From a virus (taxonomy: Duplodnaviria > Caudoviricetes): a stretch of 34,710 bases of DNA. Location of the stretch: the IMG/VR virus record IMGVR_UViG_3300030397_000745, positions 1-34,710 of that record. One strand, written 5' to 3'. A program made the translations under genes and the position numbers. The notes beneath the pieces are model-generated. The model was not told where the DNA came from, did not search any database, and saw only the letters and a list, made by a program, of their open reading frames with translations. Shown here one piece after another: positions 1-7,585 of the stretch. Each line of letters starts with the position of its first letter. Position 1 is the first letter of the stretch.

Positions 1-231
1 CTCGCGGGGCATCCCTTCCTGGGTGGGGTCGAGCGAGAACTTGACCTTGCCCAGCCGCAGCTCACCACCTTGCAAGATGTGCTGCCAGTCCTTCTGCGAA
101 ATCCAATGGACTGTGCCCTTGACCCAGCTCTCTGAGTCGCCACCCAACTTGACCGTGGTGTTGCCCCACGTGTACGGGCGGCCGCGCTCAAGGATGGCCA
201 GGTGATGCGGGGCGAATTGAATGACCTTCAT
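1..231 (-). CDS. Hypothetical protein, 3'-truncated by the window edge
   Basis: Not in the ORF track. ATG at 231 overlaps the upstream TGA (TGATG) and the frame stays open to base 1 (MKVIQFAPHHLAILERGRPYTWG...). Confidence 0.6.
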   Translation of the reverse strand, partial: MKVIQFAPHHLAILERGRPYTWGNTTVKLGGDSESWVKGTVHWISQKDWQHILQGGELRLGKVKFSLDPTQEGMPRE

Positions 232-437
232 CAGAGCACCTCTTTCGAGAAGTCGTCGATAGCTTCCTGCTTCTCGGCCAACATTTCATTTGCCCCTCGC
301 CCACTCGGACAATTCTCGGCTTGCTCGAACTGCCTCTTGTACTCTTGGTAGTCAGCCTGCATCGGCTCGAGTTCACCCACCTTCTGTTCAAGAGCCTCTA
401 CCCGCTTGACCAGCTTGGCGAATTTGTGGTTGTCCAC
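231..437 (-). CDS. Hypothetical coiled-coil protein
   Basis: GTG start preceded by AAGGAGG; helical heptads (LVKRVEALEQKVGEL). Confidence 0.6.
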   Translation of the reverse strand: MDNHKFAKLVKRVEALEQKVGELEPMQADYQEYKRQFEQAENCPSGRGANEMLAEKQEAIDDFSKEVL

Positions 438-684
438 CAGCTTCCTCCTTCATCATGAATTCGAGCCCGTACTTGTGAATCCAGTTGTAGATGGTCTTGC
501 GAGACACACCCATGCGAGAAGCCACCCTGCCTGTGTGTCCCTCGTCTTTGTAGAGCCACTCAATCAACTTGACCCAGCGTACGTACTCGGGCGAAATGTC
601 ATCTGGAATAGCTCGATTCTTCAGAACGAAACAATCCCAGAACTCCTCAACTGAAAGGTCGCGACCTGCCCCCGGTAAACGCAT
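388..684 (-). CDS. Fis-like helix-turn-helix DNA-binding protein
   Basis: C-terminal GHTGRVASRMGVSRKTIYNWIHKYGL matches the Fis-type HTH pattern. Confidence 0.65.
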   Translation of the reverse strand: MRLPGAGRDLSVEEFWDCFVLKNRAIPDDISPEYVRWVKLIEWLYKDEGHTGRVASRMGVSRKTIYNWIHKYGLEFMMKEEAGGQPQIRQAGQAGRGS

Positions 685-751
685 CGCTCAGAGACTGCAA
701 GGGGGCACCCATGGACTGCGAGTCAATGGTCTCGGGGGTCAGGCCACGTCA

Positions 752-1114
752 TTAGAGCTCGTGAAACGCATAATCGAAATTGTTCGAGTCGTTTGAAGCC
801 TCAGCTTTGACGAACAACCGAGCAGCACCAGTGCTGATGATTTTGAAAGTGCACTGGTCACCGGGCTCGAGCGACATATCGTAAGTCGCCGTCGCAAACC
901 CAATGTCGATGCGGTCTGTCGAACCCCGGTTTTTGCAAACGACCCACCCGGGGGAAGAGATGTCGCTCGAGTGGTTGATGTCAACCTCAGAGCTCTGCAC
1001 GGTGACTCGGCCGGCTTTCTTCTGAGTCCCAGCTTGCGAAACACTGTTTGTTGTTCCGCCAACCGTTTGGGAATCGGTCACATCGAAGATTTTGGCTGTG
1101 ATGTTAAGAGCCAT
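752..1114 (-). CDS. Hypothetical beta-rich protein, possibly virion-associated
   Basis: ATG overlaps the end of the HNH gene; Ser/Thr/Asp-rich beta-strand pattern. Confidence 0.6.
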   Translation of the reverse strand: MALNITAKIFDVTDSQTVGGTTNSVSQAGTQKKAGRVTVQSSEVDINHSSDISSPGWVVCKNRGSTDRIDIGFATATYDMSLEPGDQCTFKIISTGAARLFVKAEASNDSNNFDYAFHEL

Positions 1115-1394
1115 CTTGCTGGTCCTCTATCTTGTGGCAGGGAATGCACAAGAATCGCACATTCGCCGGGTCCTTGCGAAGCGACATGTCCTGTCTACGG
1201 GGGACAATGTGGTGTAGCTGCCGTCCTGGGGTGACTATACCGTACTTTTCCCAGCATCGCGCGCAGTGAGCACCCTTGAGCTCAATTTGCGACTTGCGAA
1301 ACTTCTGCCAGTCCCAGCCAAGCCCTCTTTCTGAAGTCTTACGCTTGCGAGCCGACGGCGCCTCAGGATGCCGAAATTTCGGGGGCTTTTTCAC
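1104..1394 (-). CDS. HNH endonuclease (terminase-associated, HK97 gp74-like)
   Basis: CARC...HHIVP...NVRFLCIPCH motif and the N-terminal RG.G..W..R pattern typical of packaging HNH nucleases. Confidence 0.85.
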   Translation of the reverse strand: MKKPPKFRHPEAPSARKRKTSERGLGWDWQKFRKSQIELKGAHCARCWEKYGIVTPGRQLHHIVPRRQDMSLRKDPANVRFLCIPCHKIEDQQDGS

Positions 1395-1705
1395 GCGTCC
1401 TCAAACCCCTCGCCGAAGTGCTGCTCGACCGGACCCACCCAGCCATCAATATCGGCCCCACTGGCACCCGCCAGATTGAGCCGTATATGGTCGCCCGGCA
1501 TCGTGGCGAAAACCACCTGACCACTCGCCGTAAACACCCCGTCACTGCCCACGCTGACGAACGTGCCGCCCTCAGCAGCCGTCTGGACGGTCACCGTCCC
1601 TGAGCCGCTGTTGTAAACGATGTGGGCTTTGTGAGGACCACCCTTGGACACGACAGCCGACGAATTGCCATTGGTGGACTGATTGTCAAATAGCTGCTTG
1701 GCCAT
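1391..1705 (-). CDS. Small beta-sandwich virion protein (putative)
   Basis: GGAGG RBS; Gly/Ser/Thr-rich (GSGTVTVQ...G.TFV...IRLNL) like small phage spike-base or decoration proteins. Confidence 0.55.
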   Translation of the reverse strand: MAKQLFDNQSTNGNSSAVVSKGGPHKAHIVYNSGSGTVTVQTAAEGGTFVSVGSDGVFTASGQVVFATMPGDHIRLNLAGASGADIDGWVGPVEQHFGEGFEDA

Positions 1706-1707
1706 GC

Positions 1708-2640
1708 CTAGCCTCCGATTTCCAGCCGAATTTTGTTCGAGGTAAAAAGGTTCTGGATTCTAACAGAGTCGAGACTAGGGACCCGAATGTCTACCACCCC
1801 AGCAGCATATCTTGAATCGACATCCCCAATTTGAAAGCCAGCCAAACGACCAGTGCTACTAGGCAAAGAGCCAGCAGCTTCCAGCAGGAACGAAGTGCGT
1901 TTGATTTGGTCGATGTCATTGAAATCGCCCACCCAGCTTGATTCCACAACGAGATTTCGGACACTGCCAGCTCTCACGCACCCGCCAGAGCAGTTTTCCC
2001 AAGTGGTGTTCAGCAGGGTCAAATTTGAAGGGCCAGTTTGCGAGCCATCCACCGCCTCACACGCTATGGCGTACTGACCAGAGAACAGGTGCCGGTAACC
2101 GACGAACATGACATTGGTCACCTTGCGCTGCAAACCCGTTCCACCAACCGAGTCCATGAAGTGCCAGCTGGGAACGGTCGCACCTAAATGATGCCGGCCA
2201 AAGCAGCCACGAAATCGAACGTCGCTAACCTCGCCGAACACGTTGTTGAAGATTGGCGAGCCCATACGGTTCTGGAAGAACTCGCAATCCCCAAAGGTGG
2301 TCTGAGCTATCCCCTCGGCATGGTTAACTCGGAAAAGCGACCCTGGATTTATCTCGCCCAGGGTAGTGAATCGCAAATCCGAGAATCGATGGCCAGCACC
2401 ACTGATTTCCCACATGATGCCGGCGTCATTTTCCAGAGTGGCCGATTTTGATTGCCCCATGACAATCTTGTTGACCCCGGTCAGCTGCAGCGTCTCATGC
2501 AACTGATGCACGCCATTGAGAAAAAGAAAGACGCTGCCATCCGCCGAATTGTTGATGGACTGAGCAATCTGGTCACTAGGCGTGCCTGGTGAAAATACCT
2601 CGGTGATACTGGGCCATCCCATGGGCGGTACTGTGCTCAT
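1708..2640 (-). CDS. Right-handed parallel beta-helix protein (tailspike/depolymerase-like)
   Basis: N-terminal IAQSINN..GSVFLF.NGVHQL..TLQL....IVMG...ATL pectate-lyase-like cap, followed by repeating beta-coil motifs. Confidence 0.65.
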   Translation of the reverse strand: MSTVPPMGWPSITEVFSPGTPSDQIAQSINNSADGSVFLFLNGVHQLHETLQLTGVNKIVMGQSKSATLENDAGIMWEISGAGHRFSDLRFTTLGEINPGSLFRVNHAEGIAQTTFGDCEFFQNRMGSPIFNNVFGEVSDVRFRGCFGRHHLGATVPSWHFMDSVGGTGLQRKVTNVMFVGYRHLFSGQYAIACEAVDGSQTGPSNLTLLNTTWENCSGGCVRAGSVRNLVVESSWVGDFNDIDQIKRTSFLLEAAGSLPSSTGRLAGFQIGDVDSRYAAGVVDIRVPSLDSVRIQNLFTSNKIRLEIGG

Positions 2641-3119
2641 CTAGTCGCTTTCGGAAGGTCTCGCTGCCAAGCAATGCGCCTAGCGGCAATCTGCGCGCGA
2701 GTCAGGTCCTCAGAGTCGCCCACAAGCTCACGAGCCTTCTCGCGAGAGACCCCCTTGGCAAGTAGCTTTGCAATCTCAGCTGCCTTCTCTGCAGGACCGG
2801 GCTTAGTCCTGCGGTCGCCCACGTCAGGCCTCTCAGGTGGCGGTGGCCGCGGCCTAGACCTGTCATCGTCAGTGAGCTCGGCCCAAAGCACTGTGTAATT
2901 GGGGTTTGTCTCGAGCATCTTTATGGTGGCCTCTCGAGCTTCCACCAAGACAGTGTATTCGTTTGGCTCAGGTGCAACCCTGCCCAAAGAATCGGCCTGC
3001 TGATGAGTTACGTCGCTCGCAGTAATCCCCGGAAAGTCAATCGCCAGCTGCGGCCAGTTGCCACCCTCAGGAGTGTCATCGACCTTAGGCCTCCATGGAG
3101 TCACCACTGCAGCAAGCAT
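2637..3119 (-). CDS. Hypothetical protein
   Basis: Coupled to the next gene by an ATGA overlap; Pro-rich linker and a helical C-terminus. Confidence 0.6.
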   Translation of the reverse strand: MLAAVVTPWRPKVDDTPEGGNWPQLAIDFPGITASDVTHQQADSLGRVAPEPNEYTVLVEAREATIKMLETNPNYTVLWAELTDDDRSRPRPPPPERPDVGDRRTKPGPAEKAAEIAKLLAKGVSREKARELVGDSEDLTRAQIAARRIAWQRDLPKATR

Positions 3120-3122
3120 GAG

Positions 3123-4421
3123 TCAAACCTCAGGGAAGTCAGAGTGAGTCCGGCCCCAGACCACGAAATCATCAGCAGCATCCTCGCTCGACCCGCCCCC
3201 ATCAAACCTAACCCCATGCACAGTCTCGGTCTGGTTGAATGAGGCAGAGGAATAAACCAACCGGCTGCCACCATCGCAATACGCTTGAATTTCATCGTCA
3301 ATGGCAATAACTAACAGATCATATTCAGTCGCAGGGTCAATCGTCTTGGCCGTCGTCGCTCGATTCGTGTAAGAACCCGCCACACGGTCAAAGATGTTGA
3401 ATGTATCGACTGAATCACTGGTTGACACCAACCAAAAATTGTCAGTGTCCGAGAACCTCAGAATTATCCCGCCATTTGACGACCCAGTGCCGTGAATCAT
3501 TTTCATCTGAATCAGACAGTTAGACAAAGCAGAGTCAATCGTCGCAACCCAGCCTGACCCCCCGGGGGATGAGCCCGTGTGAGATAGCTGGTTTGTGTCG
3601 ATTTCAAGGTCGCCTGCTTGCTCTGTCCACGCGAACCCGTCACCGCCTGACTCCTCGGCACCTGACCCGTCAGTGGACCCCAGCGAACTACTGTTGCCTC
3701 GGTCAAAGCTGTCTGAGACTGTTGGCGTGGGTGAAAACGTCGAGGAGGCGGTAATGCGGAGCGTGGGAATCAGGCTAGTGGCACTAAAGTTAGTCATGCC
3801 GGCATAGAGGGTCGCCGTAGTGTCACTAGGTGGGTAGATGTAAATGAGCGTCCAGACCAGGAAGTTTCCACCGCGGATAAACAGAAAGGCCCCAGCCGCC
3901 CTCAGAACCACCGCAACCTCATACTCGGTGTTGATTGAGTAAGTGGCTATGTCAACCGAATTGCCGCCAGCAGCCCGAATGGTCGTCGAGTCTTCAAAGT
4001 AAATCCCGTGCTTGGTGTTGGCGCCACTGAATTCAACGGTGGCTACGGAATTGAAAAGAAAAACCGGACCAAAACCGGCCGAGGTTCTTTTGAATTTCGC
4101 ATACCATATGCGGCCGGCAGCGCGGGCGATTCCATCCTCTTCTCGGATGCCCAAATCGCCCCAAGCTGGCGTTGATTGCCCCGGAACGCTTAACTGCTGG
4201 CCACTGATTGAAAGCTCGCCATCAGTTTGCACCGCAACAAGGCTACCAGGACCCGGCTCGGCAGTGCGAGGCGATGCAATTGGAGCCGATTCGTCAGTTG
4301 TAAAGTCATCCTTAAGGAGATAGCTGACGCTCGACTCAGGAACCAACATTTGCCCTTGTGCCGACCAGGAAGCCGGGCCAGCAGCTGGCCACGATGCGGG
4401 ATGTGAAATCTTGGTGGGCAT
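3123..4421 (-). CDS. Tandem ConA/LamG-like lectin-fold virion protein (putative)
   Basis: Two internally similar beta-sandwich halves, starting LLKDDFTTDES and TVSDSFDRGNS and ending ...ADDFVVW. Confidence 0.6.
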   Translation of the reverse strand: MPTKISHPASWPAAGPASWSAQGQMLVPESSVSYLLKDDFTTDESAPIASPRTAEPGPGSLVAVQTDGELSISGQQLSVPGQSTPAWGDLGIREEDGIARAAGRIWYAKFKRTSAGFGPVFLFNSVATVEFSGANTKHGIYFEDSTTIRAAGGNSVDIATYSINTEYEVAVVLRAAGAFLFIRGGNFLVWTLIYIYPPSDTTATLYAGMTNFSATSLIPTLRITASSTFSPTPTVSDSFDRGNSSSLGSTDGSGAEESGGDGFAWTEQAGDLEIDTNQLSHTGSSPGGSGWVATIDSALSNCLIQMKMIHGTGSSNGGIILRFSDTDNFWLVSTSDSVDTFNIFDRVAGSYTNRATTAKTIDPATEYDLLVIAIDDEIQAYCDGGSRLVYSSASFNQTETVHGVRFDGGGSSEDAADDFVVWGRTHSDFPEV

Positions 4422-4675
4422 TAGGGATTGGCTTTCATGTATTCAAACATCTCAAGCTGCCGCTCTTCAATTCGCTCGAGACGATGGTCAATGCGCTGGC
4501 TCACCCGGTCCAGCCGGAAGTTGACCGCGTCCATTTCCCGATTGGTCGCCGCAGAAGGATGGTGAGAGCTTGTGGCATGCCAGGAAAGCGCCCCGCCAAT
4601 CGCACCGGTCCCAATGCCAGTAATCCCAAGGATTATGGCCACGACTCGACCGTAAGTGACTGGCTCATGATTCAT
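4421..4675 (-). CDS. Single-TM membrane protein with coiled coil (lysis-associated candidate)
   Basis: Hydrophobic VVAIILGITGIGTGAIGGALSW followed by RLDRV..RIDHRLERIE; stop overlaps the next ATG (TAATG). Confidence 0.55.
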   Translation of the reverse strand: MNHEPVTYGRVVAIILGITGIGTGAIGGALSWHATSSHHPSAATNREMDAVNFRLDRVSQRIDHRLERIEERQLEMFEYMKANP

Positions 4676-4895
4676 TGCCACTCTCAAGCATCTCCAGAAG
4701 TATCGGTAGCAGTACGGTCACCAATTGCACAAGCAGCTCTAGAAACCTTCCATCGGCTTCGCCCTTGGTCGCATTGTACGCGACCCCCGTGGCAATGTTG
4801 ACCGCTTGCTGGAGCGCCTCAAGCTTTCTCGGCTCGCTCAAATCGGCTTCAGCCATTCGAGCAGAGACATCTGTCGCCACCTGTGTAATGTCCAC
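4665..4895 (-). CDS. Hypothetical protein with C-terminal hydrophobic helix
   Basis: FLELLVQLVTVLLPILLEML segment; fills the gap between neighbours on the coding strand. Confidence 0.55.
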   Translation of the reverse strand: MDITQVATDVSARMAEADLSEPRKLEALQQAVNIATGVAYNATKGEADGRFLELLVQLVTVLLPILLEMLESGNES

Positions 4896-4898
4896 GAT

Positions 4899-5075
4899 TT
4901 AACTCTCTGTGTTTGGCACGAGGTAAACCAGCAGGGTCGTCACAGCACCAGCAATCAGCTCAGCACTTCCCGGGATGGTTGTCGGGTCATCCTCGCGAAT
5001 AATGGCCACCACCGTTGCAACTACTGCCGCAAGCGCCGCCACGATTGCCTTGTTGTATTTGGTGATTCCTTCCAT
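4899..5075 (-). CDS. Putative holin (58 aa, two TM segments)
   Basis: Below the ORF-track cutoff: MEGITKYNKAIVAALAAVVATVVAIIREDDPTTIPGSAELIAGAVTTLLVYLVPNTES. It starts 3 nt after the protease stop and has the KAIVA...VY.VPN pattern of small phage holins. Confidence 0.65.
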   Translation of the reverse strand: MEGITKYNKAIVAALAAVVATVVAIIREDDPTTIPGSAELIAGAVTTLLVYLVPNTES

Positions 5076-5078
5076 CGC

Positions 5079-6110
5079 TCACACCTGTCCTTGCACCCTG
5101 ATTTTCAAAACTCTCGACTCGCCAGCTAGCCAGTCACTATCAGGAGTATAGACAAACAGACCATTGTGGTCCTGGTCGGGCGGTCCTGGCTCAGGGTCAG
5201 GTTCAGGCCCGGAGTCAATCGGCTCGCCACCGAAAAACCTGGTCTTGGTAGCTTCATGCGGGTCACCAATCCAAGACAGTCGAGTCCGCAGAATCGACGG
5301 ATTCATGATGCCACCACGCGTGTGCTGCAGCCCGTCTGAGTGCCCTTTGTACTCGTGAATGAACAGCGAGCTAAGCATGTGAACGTCTTGGTTGTACGTG
5401 TTGTCAATGCGACACGTCACCGTCTGCCGGCACGTCCCTGGCGTGGGGAAGTAAGCAAACCCGATGACGCCACCCGGGATAGGTTGGAATCGCACGTCGT
5501 GTTCGGCTTCCTGCGGATTGCCGTCGAGTATGTGTCGAACGTGCTGCCCCACCTCGGCTTCCACCGCCTCGACGTTGTCTAGCACCTGCCTCAGCACTGA
5601 CTTCTGAAACGATGACGCGCGACTCGTGTCCACATTGACTCGCACTGAATGTTCGCGAGCTCGATTCGGCCGCTCAGGGTCACACCCGGGAACAGGCCAC
5701 GAGCCACTTCCAGTTGCAAAAGCTCGCATCGAGTTAATGCACTCGGTGATTTGCTTGCTCAGCTCTGGGTCCTCATACATCGACGCAAACCGTGCGCCTT
5801 CAGGCGGCGCCCAGTCTGGCACCATGCAACGCGGAAACGAAGCCATCTGATGTGTAGCCATCCCAATGTCACCATCGGGAATCAGCGGCCTCTTGTGATG
5901 CTCGAGCGCCAGGAATTCCAAATTCTGGTCCGACTGCTGAAAGACCTGCGTGGCGTCACGCACCACCTTCGACACTGGACCCCTCGCCAGCTTCGGCAAG
6001 TCTTCCCACTGGACATTGTGCGCATCCGTCGCGTCCGGCCGCCAGAAATGTCCGTGGCGGTAGAGAAACTTGAGATATTCCAACTTGTCGAATTCTGGCG
6101 CTGTGCTCAT
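5079..6110 (-). CDS. Matrixin (M10/MMP)-like zinc metalloprotease zymogen
   Basis: Cysteine switch PRCMVPD, GGVIGFAYFP strand, variant zinc motif HEYKGHSDGLQH and Met-turn GIMNP. Confidence 0.8.
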   Translation of the reverse strand: MSTAPEFDKLEYLKFLYRHGHFWRPDATDAHNVQWEDLPKLARGPVSKVVRDATQVFQQSDQNLEFLALEHHKRPLIPDGDIGMATHQMASFPRCMVPDWAPPEGARFASMYEDPELSKQITECINSMRAFATGSGSWPVPGCDPERPNRAREHSVRVNVDTSRASSFQKSVLRQVLDNVEAVEAEVGQHVRHILDGNPQEAEHDVRFQPIPGGVIGFAYFPTPGTCRQTVTCRIDNTYNQDVHMLSSLFIHEYKGHSDGLQHTRGGIMNPSILRTRLSWIGDPHEATKTRFFGGEPIDSGPEPDPEPGPPDQDHNGLFVYTPDSDWLAGESRVLKIRVQGQV

Positions 6111-6628
6111 TTAGCCAATTCCTCTGAGACCACCCGGAAGGCGAGCTTCGCTTGCTCGAGTTCAGTGTACGGTTTCAGCAGCTTGTCCACGCCAGCTTTC
6201 CACGTGTCCCAGCTGTCGTGTAGGTCAGCTTGCCTCTTCAGCGCCGCCCACATCACATTGAGCGACTGATTCATGGATTTGAGATTCGAAAAGGGCAGGG
6301 CAGCTATCGACCCGTAAAGACGTGACAAGGCCCGTCGCGCATTTGCCTTGTTCGGGTCGACCACCGCGGTCACGAGTTCGCCCAGCTCGCGACGGAATTC
6401 CCCAAACCCATCAACAGGGGGCTCAGGGTCATCCGGGGGACCCGGTTCGTCGTCCGGCGCGCCATCGATAGCCACTACCTGCCCAGGTGGAATCCTACGT
6501 GCTGTCAGCTGCCCGTCACCACCCCGGACAATCACGACGTAGTAGGTCCCTGGGGCTTTAGGAAGGTTTTTGAGTACGATTTCATCGCTTGGCGCGGCCA
6601 CAAGGGCCAAAAGTAGCAAAATGTTCAT
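6107..6628 (-). CDS. Exported hypothetical protein
   Basis: ATG at 6628 with AAGGA RBS and ATGA overlap; signal-like MNILLLLALVAA; Pro/Asp linker. Confidence 0.6.
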   Translation of the reverse strand: MNILLLLALVAAPSDEIVLKNLPKAPGTYYVVIVRGGDGQLTARRIPPGQVVAIDGAPDDEPGPPDDPEPPVDGFGEFRRELGELVTAVVDPNKANARRALSRLYGSIAALPFSNLKSMNQSLNVMWAALKRQADLHDSWDTWKAGVDKLLKPYTELEQAKLAFRVVSEELAK

Positions 6629-6825
6629 GGGTTCCTTTCCTGGTTCTCTCGGGCCAGTGCGTAAAGTCCACGCAACGCGCGGATGAATGCTCTCGCTTCG
6701 TCGCATTCGTACTCGGATTCAGCGATGCAAATCATCTCCTCGAAGTACCTGGGCTCATCCAGAAGTCTCTGAGCCGCCAAACGGTCGTCAATTGGACGAA
6801 CCCAACGGTCCGTCGGGAAATGCAT
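6625..6825 (-). CDS. Hypothetical protein
   Basis: AAGGAGGT RBS and TGATG coupling give a start at 6825 (MHFPTDRW...). Confidence 0.6.
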   Translation of the reverse strand: MHFPTDRWVRPIDDRLAAQRLLDEPRYFEEMICIAESEYECDEARAFIRALRGLYALARENQERNP

Positions 6826-7118
6826 CAGTCCACCTCCTTGTCCGGAAAGTCGCACCTGGTCTCGGCGTAGTGGCTCACAAACCCCTCGGACCAATACAGC
6901 TTCGGATAAGCCCCGTGCAGGTACAGGGTGGGGTTCTCGACAATTTCGCCCGTGTCGAGCCGACGCACTCTCGCCATTCGAATGTTGACCGGCATGACTT
7001 GCTCGGTCGTGCGTGCTATCCCCCGCTCAATCTCTCGGATGATTTTGGCTTTGGAAAACCAGAACAAAATCCATTCGCCAGATTTCAGCGAAAGCGGACG
7101 TAGTGGTTTTTTGTTCAT
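6825..7118 (-). CDS. Hypothetical protein
   Basis: First ORF after the putative origin; coupled to the next gene. Confidence 0.5.
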   Translation of the reverse strand: MNKKPLRPLSLKSGEWILFWFSKAKIIREIERGIARTTEQVMPVNIRMARVRRLDTGEIVENPTLYLHGAYPKLYWSEGFVSHYAETRCDFPDKEVD

Positions 7119-7185
7119 CGAAAAAAAGATTTGAATTGCCTAGGTTAACACTGAAATTGCCCCAGTGGTGCATTCTACCCAGTAC

Positions 7186-7556
7186 CCTGGCGCCTGCGAA
7201 AATAGGCGCCAGGTGTAAGTTGTTACGGTCAATTGATTTAAGCCAATCCTGGCGCCTGGCGCCCGCGCAGAACAACACTCTACTCTTAAGAAGGTCACTC
7301 AGGCGCGCGACGCGCGCACGCGTAAAGGGTATTGTTGCGCAAAAAGGCGCCAGAGGCGCCAGGAAGACACTTAAGCCATTTTAGCGCAACACTTTATCCC
7401 TGGCGCTTCAAAATAGGTAAGCGCCAGGAGCGCCTTATATCAATACACACACACACACACACACACACACACTTTAAGTTGTTGTTGTTGTTGTTGTTAC
7501 TTGTTTTATGTAACAGTGAAAAGTGTAATTTCAGGTCCTGGCGCCTCCTGGCGCCT
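7186..7556. repeat. Putative replication origin with about 10 CCTGGCGCCT-like iterons
   Basis: Copies in both orientations start at 7186, 7204, 7248, 7255, 7345, 7354, 7399, 7419, 7537 and 7547, in an AT-richer non-coding gap directly downstream of the helicase gene. Confidence 0.7.
7445..7498. repeat. Microsatellites (AC)14 and (GTT)7
   Basis: (AC)14 at 7445-7472 and (GTT)7 at 7478-7498, counted directly. Confidence 0.95.
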
Positions 7557-7585
7557 AGAAGCCAAATCGTTCGATTTTCGCGCGC

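Noticed and set aside
7186-7556. CRISPR array interpretation of the repeats
   Set aside because: The repeats are only 10 bp, in mixed orientation and irregularly spaced, and no cas genes are visible.
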